Below, piece after piece: positions 36,079-46,861 of a stretch of 64,000 nt of DNA; position 1 is the first letter of the stretch; each line of letters starts with the position of its first letter. The position numbers and the translations under genes were made by a program. Under the pieces are notes generated by a model. The model saw nothing but the letters and a program-made list of their open reading frames with translations, had not been told where the DNA came from and ran no database searches. Source of the DNA: Schizochytrium sp. TIO01 (lineage: Eukaryota; Protista; Bigyra: Labyrinthulomycetes); assembly GCA_004764695.1 (NCBI GenBank), contig SMSO01000035.1:310001-374000 (forward strand). Direction: 5' to 3'.

Positions 36079-36651
36079 ATGTCTCCTGTATCAGATAAAA
36101 GCTCCGGGCTAGGCACAGAACTGCCCACAGCCACGGCCGTAGTTGCAAGTGATGATGCGGACGACGACTCAGAAGATTACCGCCGGCACGGCGAGTACAT
36201 TCTGAATCCCAGTGATGAGGACTTGGCACGTGCACGGCACAACAGGTGTGCCTTCTCTCTGCTCTGCTTTATAGTTGGGTCTGCAGGCAAGCGTGGTGGT
36301 GTCTGGACACCACCAAAGAATATCAGGTTCTTCAACTTCTTGGGCCTTGGTACTGAAATTGATTTTGCGCAAGCGAGGTTTGTTCACAGAACAATTTACG
36401 TTTCTGCCTATTCATTTCTCGGTGGCGACCTGAAGATTACTGTGCCTCCAGGCGTAAGACTTATTGCTCGAGGCGTGAACATCCTTGGGAATGTGCGGCT
36501 TCCTGCAGGTGGTGCTTCAGAAACCGTAGGGGCTGCCTTGCATACTGTTGATGAGGTTACGATTATCGTCACTGGAGCATCCTTTGCACTTAATGTGGTG
36601 TGCTCGGTAGACAATAGTGTAGCGCCTGTGCGTCTTCGGGCCTCAGCCTAG
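36079..36651 (+). CDS. LiaF-C / DUF1707-associated beta-domain protein, paralog 2 (190 aa)
   Basis: 'KRGGVWTPPKNIRFFNFLGLGTEIDFAQARF...IYVSAYSFLGGDLKITVPPGVRLIARGVNILG'; aligns with 34634-35335. Confidence 0.7.
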   Translation: MSPVSDKSSGLGTELPTATAVVASDDADDDSEDYRRHGEYILNPSDEDLARARHNRCAFSLLCFIVGSAGKRGGVWTPPKNIRFFNFLGLGTEIDFAQARFVHRTIYVSAYSFLGGDLKITVPPGVRLIARGVNILGNVRLPAGGASETVGAALHTVDEVTIIVTGASFALNVVCSVDNSVAPVRLRASA

Positions 36652-37082
36652 ACTTATACGACTTAAGACTTCAAAGGATCGTTTACAAAAGCTGACCTAA
36701 TCAATATAGCTCCGGAGAGAGTTTAGATCCATCATTGGTCTCTTCACGAGCTGCTCGTTCATTAAATATATGTCAGAGTTTTTGTTTCTTAACCGACAAG
36801 TGAACTCTAGTTAATGGTCTGAAGATGATTATTATTGCCCTATCGTATACTTATATCATATTGCAATGAATATCTTTGCTATTTTTCTTATATTAGACAA
36901 TCATTAGCTCTGTGCATGTATTGCAAATATTTCTTCGCAGAATACAGGGCATATTCCGCATACTTATACGAAATTACTGTATAATCCCTCAAGAAAGAGG
37001 AAGAAAATAGCACCACTGGAGAGATTTAAATGCATACAAGCCAAGATTATTATTTCCTGATTTAGTGAATCTAAAACTTGGT

Positions 37083-38247
37083 TTAGAACTCGATCAATCT
37101 CGTCTTCTCGTGGCCAACCTTCTCCAGGTTTGGCCGGCAGGCATACTTGATCATGGGCGGCGGACCACTTTCGTAACGATTTAGTTATACCAGTCCCCAA
37201 AAATCCCACATTGTACATGCACAAGTTTTGCAACGATTGGTAAAGATAGTATAGGTTAGTTTGCTTGTCCGCATCTGATTTCTCGAGCAACGTGCCAGGA
37301 GTGGCATTACCAAGACGCTCTTTTCGAAAGCTTGTTTTTCTTTTCAAGTGACATGACACTGTCAAGCATAGATGAGTAACGTACCACATGAGGATAACTG
37401 TATCCTCTCCCGGCGCCGGCAAGTGCTCGCGTACCATATCTTCATTGATGAAACCTTTTGAAAACGCCCATCCATTGGGCGGGTTATCCAACGTGTAGTG
37501 TACCTTGAGGCGGTCTGGGTTCTCCTGCGCAAGCTTCTCAAGCATATCGCGCACAAGAATATCCTCCTCAGTCTTGTTTGCAAAAAGCAAGTTAACCTGT
37601 GTAGGATCATCTTTCTTATCCATAATGGCTGTAATAACCTGGAGCATTGGAGTAATGCCTGTACCGCCCGCAATCATACCGATGTTCTTGAATTGGCGCT
37701 CCTTGCGCATGATTACAAACTTGCCATTGCCCTTGTACTCATAAAGACCAAAAGGGCCTTCAATGTCAACCTTGTCGCCAACCTTAAGAGACTCAAAATA
37801 CAAAGACATCTTGCCACCATCAACAAACTGCTCGAGAACGCCACCGTGGTATACCTTGATAACGAGGTCAAAGTATCCTAGGTCACGATCGGACGAGGTG
37901 GGGGTGTACTTGCGCTCAATCTCGACCTTTCCGTGGTCATCATCAGGGCGACCATTCCACTCACCGTCCTTTGCCCCCTTTGGAGTTGGGCAGTATACCT
38001 TGATGTGTTTGCCAATCGGCAGACCAAACACCGAGTTTGGCTGCGGGAGACCAAAACGGTAAAGACGAGTGTCGTGTGAGAGATCCTTGCGCTCAATCAA
38101 TGGAACAGAAACTCTCTGTTTATTGAGAAATACAGCACCTGGCTTGCCTTCATTTGTGCCAGAATTTCTTAGCAAAAATACAATCAGGGTCACCAGCACG
38201 ACGCCAAGCGCCATGATGTACGGAAGCAGCTCATTAAGATTCTCCAT
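37083..38247 (-). CDS. Membrane-anchored NADH-cytochrome b5 reductase; 2 exons (38247-37385, 37167-37083), 315 aa
   Basis: N-terminal TM anchor. Motifs [55 protein letters not shown]. Intron GTACGT...CGAAAG at 37384-37168 restores [19 protein letters not shown]...F*. The 438-aa ORF in the track is read-through into the intron. Confidence 0.95.
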
Positions 38248-39523
38248 TGTACTTTGAAATTGGTTTTGCCCCACTCGCAAGACCGCCTTTTATACCCACG
38301 AGCTACTGCTGTTCACCAGCAAGCAGCACACACTGCAGATTCTAAGAGCCCCACTCTGCTGCTGCCACGCACAAAGGCACGCAGGCAGGTGCACCAATAT
38401 GGGTATTGCCTCGCCTCACACACTTGAGAGCTCCCTATCTACTACTTGCTGAGAATTGGCAGCAGAGAGGACACAGCGCTAACAACTTTTGATGATAAGT
38501 ATAAGTTGATAACTACCTAGTATGTAGTACTAAAGAAACATAGAATGGCAGTGATGACGATGAGCATAGGTTAGTAAAATTAATGCCAACAATAATCCCT
38601 ACTAACAGGAAGAGGTTCGCGCAATCTTGCCCAATCAAGACCCAAGTTTGCCAGTATTCTTCGGCAGATTTGACCGCTTCGAAATACGCTCTCGTCAAGC
38701 TGGCCTACAACACTCGTGTACCAGCCGCCAGAGTCTCAATGCTCGCACGTTCAACCGTATTGCCAAGTGCCGCAGCCCATCGCAGTAGGTACTGTTTTCT
38801 ACGTTTTGCGCAAACACCGTGTTCGCGACAACTGAGCAGACCGGCCTTCCTATGGCTTTCTCCTACTATTCCTTAGCGCACGCTACACCCCAAAACCCAA
38901 GTGAATGAATGCCGTCAAGCCACTTGCTCACCTTGCTCACCTGCCTGCAACGCCCGCAGCACTCTGCAAACCACGCGATGTAAAGGAGCGCTGCCTCCTA
39001 CCATAGGGTGCACTAAACTCACATCGGAAATTGTTGTCACGCCTCGCAAGTACGAGCGTCCGATACTGCACAACAACAGACGCTTGTATAATCCAAAATC
39101 GATGATTAGCTAGCTATTATGTAGTTTTATCTAGTATTGATTACCTTCCCAGCCGCGGTGTGAGGAACCCATTTAACAAGACTAATTTGCGCAACCCGAA
39201 ATTAGATGAAAGGGTCTGCCAGTGGTCGATCGTGTAACGTTTGGAGCCAGGGTTTCCTAAACTTGCGAGAGGGCCTCTGGAGACCTGCTGTCACCATGCT
39301 TTGGGGCTGCGACTTGTTGGTTACTGTGGACAAATCGCTGTTGAAAAATGCTGCGCGTATAAAAGATTGAGGAATTGACTTAATCTGATTATAATACTGG
39401 GTCAACTTTGGTATCTTATTGTAAGTAACCATAGTCATAACGAGAGGCTGATGCTCAAGTGATCTTTTTCTGAAGAATCTCTAACCATCTCATTTCTCAA
39501 AACAAGATAAGGACGCAGTAATC

Positions 39524-40698
39524 ATGCGGACGTCGATTCTTGCTAGTCGCGGTACCCTCAAGAGCTCGGCCCTACGTGGACCTCGCTCTACCTCAGTGTC
39601 TAGCGCGTCGTGCGAATCTGTGAAGGTCTTGGCGAATGCTGCTTCAGCCTCAAGAGCGTACTCTCAGCAAACGGTGCTTGAGAGCAGCAAGAACGACTTT
39701 GTACTTGTGTTCCCGGGCCAAGGCTCTCAGGCCGTCGGCCGGGCACAACCTTGGATCAATTCATTCGAGTCGATCGTACAGCCAGTTTTTGATGAAGTCG
39801 ATGAAGCCTTGCAAGCTCGAGTATGCAATGATTTGCTGCTCAAGGGACCTCAAAGCGACCTGGATATGACGGAGAACGCGCAGCCTGCAATCCTAGCGCT
39901 CTCCATTGCAGTAAGCCGTGTCGTGGAGCATGAAAGAGGGATTAGTGCTTCAAGTCCTCATTGCAAGATGGCGATGGGTCACTCTTTGGGTGAGTTCACA
40001 GCAATGGTTGCCACTGGCGCACTCGAACTTACAGATGCGGTTAAGATTGTGCGAGCTCGTGGACGTGCCATGCAAGCGGCCAGTGACAATTTTTTAAAGA
40101 CTGCAAGTGAAAACCTGGCTTTGCAATGCTGGCACTTATGCCAATTGGCTTTGATGACGCCGCAGCGGCGTGTAAATTAGCGCTCGAAGAGTTTGAATCT
40201 GATGGTCAAGTTTGTCAGGTTGCAAATGCCAACAGCCCCAAGCAGGTCGTCATCAGTGGAACTTCGCAGGCTGTAGAACGTGCAGCCTCCATTGCCAAGG
40301 AAAAATTTCGCGCTCGCAGAGCCACTCCTCTAAGAGTTTCTGCACCATTCCATTGTGAGTTGATGGCTGCTGCTCGTCCAGCGCTGAGTGAAGCACTCAA
40401 CAGTGCTAAGTCTTGGCGCCATCCCGACGTGCCCATTATCTCTAATGTTACAGCAAAGCCTGTCCTCTCTGTAGACGATCTTCGTGAACTTGCTCTCGAA
40501 CAACTCACCAGTACAGTGCGCTGGGATTCCTGTGTCCATACCGCTCTTCAGGGTGCCTCTCACGCGAGCTTTATCGAAATGGGCGGCAAGGTACTGTCGC
40601 CACTCATTAGCTCAATTGGTGGCAAAGAAGTTCGCACATTTGCAATCAACGATGTCATTGATATTCCCACAGCTGAGGATTTTTCAGATATAATGTAA
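39524..40698 (+). CDS. fabD: Mitochondrial malonyl-CoA:ACP transacylase, interrupted by an apparent 1-nt deletion at about 40110-40113 (391 aa if restored)
   Basis: ORF1 has a transit peptide, VFPGQGSQ, TENAQPAI, GHSLGEF and RGRAMQ. ORF2 has ANANSPKQVVISG, VSAPFHC and QLTSTVRW. Adding one A to 'agtgaaaacct' joins them as ...SEKPGFAMLALMP... Confidence 0.9.
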
Positions 40699-43600
40699 GA
40701 ATGATCCAAATTTATGCAACTATGTACTGAAAGAATGGTTAGAAAACCAAATGAGCAAACTTTTCATTTGACCTACGTATATGTCTAGCTCATTCAATGC
40801 GGCAATATTTGGAAGGCTGCGGAGGCCGTCGACTATCCTCAATCACATACCGAATTATGAGTCGATCTCCCAAAAGTAAATGTGACGATGCTGAAGCTCT
40901 CCCTATCATATACTTATCAAATTATATCCTCAAATTTAAAGATACTATAAGCTTTGCATTTCAGAATAATTATGTTTTAGCATGCTTTTCATTTTAAATT
41001 CTTGCTTCTATGACAGCGAAATGTAAGTCTTTTGTTCAGATCATTGATAGAAGCAAGGAAGCTAGTCCAATGAATACAGCTACATGAACCTTCCAGTCTA
41101 TCTCCTGCATTCTACTTCATACACCTCACGCAGTTCAGATAACAAACATGTTAACTTCTAACGACCTGGTATCTGTCAATTGAGCGTTGTATTTTCGCCA
41201 ATACTTTTCAATATAGAAGGTATCTGTACACATTCATGGTATCGTGTGTTTCAACTATCTCATATTTATGCAAGATTTTCTGTAGCCTCCATGAGTTAAT
41301 TTCAAGCTTAACTGCGATCCACAATCCCTTTCTAAACTGCTTTGGAGATTTCTATTCCAAATTCCACATAGATAAATAGGGAAAAAGTTATGTTTTCCAA
41401 TTCTCTATCTACCTTTCAACAATTGGCATAGACTAATGAACAAGAAATTCCTCTGGGCCAACTTTTTATCTATCCATCTATCTATCTTCATGTAAGCGCC
41501 TGTCAACGCGTATGAATAGTGTACTTTTTAATGATGCCTTTTAAATCATGTACAACATCGAAATTCCATCTTAATCAAGTTGTGGAACGAGCTCAAGTCT
41601 GGCGATGTTTAAAGTGTGGTATAATGGAAAATCAGCAGTTTGAGCTAACCCTTAGACCAATACATTTTTAAAGAGAATAGTTACTTAACGCACACTAAAT
41701 GTATGTTGTACATACTTTATAGACGGAATTGTTAGCAACTAGGTAGCTAATGGATAAAAAATTGCAAGAAACAAGCAAGAAAATAAACAGGTAGGTGTGC
41801 ATGTTGTTTCAGTGAATCGACTAATCGTTTGTAGACAGAGTTCATGAACTCAGTGATGGATATAGGTATCAAGATAGTAAGAAAGATGTCGCGTATTCAG
41901 ATCTAAAAGAACTAAATTGATTTAATGGTGCTGAAATTTCCAATAAAAACAACTAGAAGACAGAACATTATATCAGTTCTTAGCGTTGAGCTTCAGCCAT
42001 CAAGAATTTTCAACTTGCATATGAATAGAAGTAGACAATCAGATGTGTGAATAGCAACTCAAGATAGACAAGAACTAAAACTAAACATATGTATTCGCTA
42101 GGATTGAATATGGTCGAACCTGAATTAATGGTTGAGAGACACGGTAATCTCTTTACTTGGGTCTAGTACAAATCAGGTCTGTATATGTCTCCTAATTGTA
42201 ACATGGATCTATCTGCCTTGGAGGTGAACCCCAAGAAAAAGCAGATCCCTAAATCTTAGATTATCAAGCCTTTTGCTATCATCTTCTTAGTTAAGCTCTC
42301 TAGCCGACCAGATTCATCTTTAGCAATTGGCTACCGCTTGCAATTCAATGTCGTTTATGTGAGTTGGAATCATGTCCTTACTGCGTAGATTCAGTGTCTG
42401 CGGGCCGTCGACGTATTCCAGGATTCTCCCATGTCTTATTTAGAACAGGTGCCTAACCAAGTTTTGCATAATAACGAGAACGCGATACTAAATGATTTGT
42501 TTGGCCCTTCCAGGCACTGATAATAATACTTAATAAAGGAAATTTAGATAACTCTGGAAAAATTAATTCTACTGGGTCAAACAGATCATCTTTTGCCTAG
42601 GAAGTTAGTTAACAGATTCTATGTTTTTGCGATACCAAAAACTGTGAGACCATTCAAGCCACAAGAACCACCGTTCTTACAACAATTGCAATACACTGTG
42701 GGTAATTGATAATGATGCGAATACGTATAGTAGATTATCAATCACTCTGTGCGTACGACATTGATGCTCTCAAAAAGTATGCACTTTCTAGTTCTAAGTA
42801 ACGTAATGTTCTCCCATAACTTGGATTTGGGTATTGCATCGGCCAACATATGCTATATGCTGCATATAATACGCCTGATACTTTTGATTCAACATTTGAA
42901 ATCCATTAAATCTTTATATCATAATAAGTTTTTTACGCCATTCAAGCGAATACTATCGCAGGCGATGAATCAATAAATTTCATGATGCTAGTAAATCTTT
43001 TCCATTAAATATGATTTCTGGGGAAACCTTGAATCAATCTTTGTACTAAAAGCACGGCATATTTTAAGAAGTGCTCTCGCATCTGTTATGTCATCGCATA
43101 TTCGTGATATATGCAACGGTCATGGGTAAACATTCGAGGATCGGCACATCCTGACAACTTTTGCGCACGATGAAAGAGTTACAAGGAAAATTATAGAATC
43201 CCCAATTAAGGATTTCTGTTTTTCGAAGTGCGAGCGAGGGATTTGTACTAGTTTCTTTCTAGGTTTAGAACTATGAATAACTAACCAGCTGGAACGTCAC
43301 AATGGTAAATGTTGGATTAGCTTTACTAGTTAATGCAGCCATTATTGTAGTCAATTGCACAGCAGATTACCAGGTACCTATTTCTAATAATCTGCGAAAC
43401 AAAGAAATCACATTTGCTCATATCAGACTTTTGTGAGACATCTTGAAGGTAAAAGAAGACTGTCAGAGATGGCGATTATTCTATTCGCCGACTTTCGATA
43501 TGTTTTCAATGGCAACTCTCGCCATGCAGCGTCTTGCGGCCATTCATAGCTTTGTACACGCTGACTGACAAAGCATGTTCGAAATGTGGCTGCGAGGCAG

Positions 43601-44218
43601 TATGAAAAGCGCAAGGTCATGGCATACTTTTTGAACGCCTTTATCCCCTAATTGCCTCACTTCCTTTTTCAAGTTTCGAGTCAATAAAAATATCTGCTAT
43701 TCGATATCGGCTTAAAAAGAAAGGAAAATGAAAGAATGAAAATGTTAAAGTGATTTTATCGTTCTGACTCTTGGGGTTTCACAAGCCTAAGTCCAGCCCA
43801 GATTACCCTAGCTATGTCAATCTCGTGCAAGCGTATCGACCTTTACATTTTCTGCTGATAACCCAAGTTTTCGTTGCCAGGGTTTTTGCTGCCTCATGTG
43901 TTCATTATCGCTACTTGCCAAGTTAATCAAATACCTTTTTTATAATTTTAAAGTTGAGGTTTATCCCTTTGTTTATATCATGATTAGTTTTTTTGTTTTT
44001 TTTAAATTAATTTCAATAAAAAGTTTATTCATGTTCTTTCTGTTTCTTTCTTTTTTTCATTCCTTTCTTATCAAATACAATTTTGAGCCGGGCGAGTGCT
44101 GCTTCCAGTTTCACAATTCCAAGCCCAAGCACTCGCAAGGCACAAGTCTGCCTCATACACCGCTGGATCACTGTCGGTCAAGTCCCAGAGAGTTCCAGCA
44201 CGGTGGAACTTGTGCTAG

Positions 44219-45283
44219 ATGGCATCTGCAAACATGAGCGTGCGCGACAGATCTGAAGGAGATTCAAGTGCGGTAGTAGTAGCAGCAGACCTAGAAAAAC
44301 CTGATGTCATTGTTGTGCAAGAGCAAGCGCTGAAGCAGGAGTCAGAGACACTGAAGACCGAGCAAAAGTCACCGCAACCCCACGACAATCAGGCAATTGC
44401 TGTCAACCAGGCGCTGCAACTACAGAGACAAAACGAAGCAAAGCCTAAGGTGCAAGCGACTTCAGCGACAAACTTGAGCAATACGTGCGCACAAAGACAC
44501 GTGACCGGGCTTGAGGCAGCCCACACGAGGATGGCGCGTGCAGGCGCCAAAGCAGGGGGGGGCTTGGAGTCCTTGGTGCAAGGCGAAGAGCTGGATATGT
44601 GCCGCAAATTTTATGAGCGGGTCCCAGATGCTCGACCAGATCAGATTGTGCGCTTCCTCAGGGCTAGGGAAGGTGACCTTGACAATGCTGAGCAGTTCTT
44701 AAAGACGCACCTCAGTTGGCGCAAAACTAACCTCCCTGTGGAAATTACCCCTGAAGTTCGCACAGAACTTGAGAAGCTCAAATATGCTGTCTATGGCAGA
44801 GACAAAGACGGCCGTGTTGTCGTAGTTGTACGCGTCCGTCTAATGGGCAAACATACTTATGATGATCTTAGCAACGTCGAAAAGGCCTGTATTGTTTTTG
44901 CTGAATATCTTGAGCATGTGCTTGATCCCCTTGGGCAACTTACAGTCCTCTATTCACGTGTGGACGCTGGTAGAAAGAACTTTGACCTTGATAATGTTAA
45001 GCTTATTGCTACCCTCTTTCAGGACAACTATCCTGAGCGACTGTACCGAGCATATGTAGCACCTGTGGGAATCTTCTTGCGAAGCGCTTGGCATCTGATT
45101 CAGGTGTTCCTGGATCCTGACACGAAGGCGAAACTATCTCTTGTCAAAGATCCTGCTGTTTTCAAGGACCCTGTGAGCGAATCAAGCCTTCCTAAAGAGC
45201 TTGGTGGCCAATGTATGGACCCTTTCTCTGTTCAAGATCTCTTACAGGTAGCAGATGAATGGTACAAAACTGGTCAGCAGTAA
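44219..45283 (+). CDS. CRAL-TRIO (Sec14-like) lipid-binding protein, 354 aa
   Basis: Motifs IVRFLRAREGD....A...L..HLSWR, GRDKDGRVV, FQDNYPERL, FLDPDTKAK, LPKELGG. Confidence 0.93.
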   Translation: MASANMSVRDRSEGDSSAVVVAADLEKPDVIVVQEQALKQESETLKTEQKSPQPHDNQAIAVNQALQLQRQNEAKPKVQATSATNLSNTCAQRHVTGLEAAHTRMARAGAKAGGGLESLVQGEELDMCRKFYERVPDARPDQIVRFLRAREGDLDNAEQFLKTHLSWRKTNLPVEITPEVRTELEKLKYAVYGRDKDGRVVVVVRVRLMGKHTYDDLSNVEKACIVFAEYLEHVLDPLGQLTVLYSRVDAGRKNFDLDNVKLIATLFQDNYPERLYRAYVAPVGIFLRSAWHLIQVFLDPDTKAKLSLVKDPAVFKDPVSESSLPKELGGQCMDPFSVQDLLQVADEWYKTGQQ

Positions 45284-45502
45284 AGCCGCACAGCCTGTGT
45301 CTAAGAAGCCTAAGTCATATTTTCTAAATGTATATATGTCTGCGTCATACAATTTTCAGGATAATATTCTCAACAGTGAAATTATATGCTACAATTCTTC
45401 CTGACCCATTTTAGATAAATATGATAGACGGCATCTATGTTATACTGCTCGAAGAGAGATTCACCTATTCGTGAAGTTCCTCAACCTGTGTTGGCATCGT
45501 TA

Positions 45503-46861
45503 TCATAACGAGATCAGGCTTTGCGCGGTTGCAAAAAAAATTATTGTCATAAGACATACCATGACGTTGTTGAGATTCTCCCGCAAATTAAACATGTGCG
45601 GTTCTATTGTGGTAACACTCAGGCCAGAGTTATTCAACAGTAAACGTCTCTGGATAAAATCTTGTACTACTTCTGCGGATAAAAGAATGATCCCACGAAG
45701 GCAGACGTGTAGAACTGACATTTCAATGTTGAATAGATGTAAAGCAATTAGAGAAAGGGCAATCGCGCATGTAATTACAAGTTTTTCGCCAATCGACTCA
45801 TCATGGATATGAAGTATAAGTCTCTCACTTGAAAGAGCTGCCCTTATTACCAGCCATTGATGGATGACACTTTCACTTTCGCTCGTAAGCTGCATGGTAT
45901 AGACCCTTTTACGTATATAACGAGTTGCCTGAATATTGACGTAGGTACCTATCACCTCTGCGATGCTTGAGACCAAAGTGGCTAGAACAAAGGTTCTCAT
46001 AGATGAAACAAACATGATCGCAATCTGCCCAATCATATAAAACGCAACCTTGACTAGGATAGATTGGAAAGAAATGACATTCCGACTTGACCCTTTAGGG
46101 AATCCATAAAGTAATATAAAACTAAGGATATCCGCAATCAATATTCTGCCTGCCAAAAGCGAAATCACAGGGTATGCTACACCAGTAGCAAACCATTCAA
46201 CCACCCAGGAAGAATGACTAAGAGTTGATGCAATATAGCCATATCCTACTATCACCATGATAGAAGTAACGGAGCATAAACCAGTAGTAGTCGCAACAAC
46301 AAAGGAAATGCGCAAGAGCTTTCCATAAAAAAAGAGTTGTGCGACTAACATACTCAAAAATGTGCTAATGCCAAAGCTTAAGCTTATGTATGCAATAGTT
46401 GGATATATCCTCCACGGAAAGCCGCTGGCAACTGCGATAGAAAAGGTGATAGGAAATGTCATAAGCATTGCCAACGCTGACAAAGAACTTTTTAAAAAAC
46501 TCAAATTAAACTCTCTGTATAGGTTCCCTAGAGCTATTGAAAACTGCACCATTCCGGCAAGAAATCTAACCATTAAGTTGTAGCCTCTTGCAGGACTGTC
46601 TAACAACAATTTTGCGCACAAGACTTCATTTGAAATCACCATCATAACTGAAATACATATTGTAGGCAATAAGTACACTTGCCATGCTAAAATATGCCTT
46701 AGTTCGGCATGCCATGAAACTGGACCTGGCGCCGCATTGATCAATTCAGTTAAGCTGTCTGAGCGAAAATTTCGGCTTGTGGTTCTAAGCTCCAATGGTC
46801 CCGGTGAAAAGCACGGTTCAAACCCCTCCGGAGCGACCTTACTACTCGTGGTGGTTGTCAT
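45503..46861 (-). CDS. Uncharacterised multipass (~10-11 TM) membrane protein, array member A (452 aa)
   Basis: Intronless ORF with family motifs FRSDSL, GFPW, YPVISLLAGRILIADILSF, SILVKVAFY..GQ, ERLILHIHDESIGEK, EVVQDFIQRR. Confidence 0.9.
   Translation of the reverse strand: MTTTTSSKVAPEGFEPCFSPGPLELRTTSRNFRSDSLTELINAAPGPVSWHAELRHILAWQVYLLPTICISVMMVISNEVLCAKLLLDSPARGYNLMVRFLAGMVQFSIALGNLYREFNLSFLKSSLSALAMLMTFPITFSIAVASGFPWRIYPTIAYISLSFGISTFLSMLVAQLFFYGKLLRISFVVATTTGLCSVTSIMVIVGYGYIASTLSHSSWVVEWFATGVAYPVISLLAGRILIADILSFILLYGFPKGSSRNVISFQSILVKVAFYMIGQIAIMFVSSMRTFVLATLVSSIAEVIGTYVNIQATRYIRKRVYTMQLTSESESVIHQWLVIRAALSSERLILHIHDESIGEKLVITCAIALSLIALHLFNIEMSVLHVCLRGIILLSAEVVQDFIQRRLLLNNSGLSVTTIEPHMFNLRENLNNVMVCLMTIIFFATAQSLISL

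Noticed and set aside
36964-37384. C-terminal ~140 aa of the 438-aa b5 reductase ORF
   Set aside because: This is read-through of an intron with no in-frame stop. The true C-terminus (CGPPPM...) is in another frame after the AG at 37168.
40090-40099. In-frame slippery heptamers T-TTT-TTA and T-TTA-AAG just upstream of the fabD frame break, suggesting programmed -1 frameshifting
   Set aside because: A -1 slip here enters a frame that hits TGA at 40108-40110 before reaching the downstream ORF, so it cannot give full-length protein.
40103-40218. Possible GC-AG intron (GCAAGT donor) repairing the fabD frameshift
   Set aside because: Splicing to the downstream AG acceptors would delete the conserved AMLAL segment and part or all of the following helix. 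A 1-nt indel is more parsimonious.
42640-42705. Minus-strand 'CNCCKNGGSC', resembling an EGF-like motif
   Set aside because: Isolated, with no surrounding ORF or further Cys spacing.
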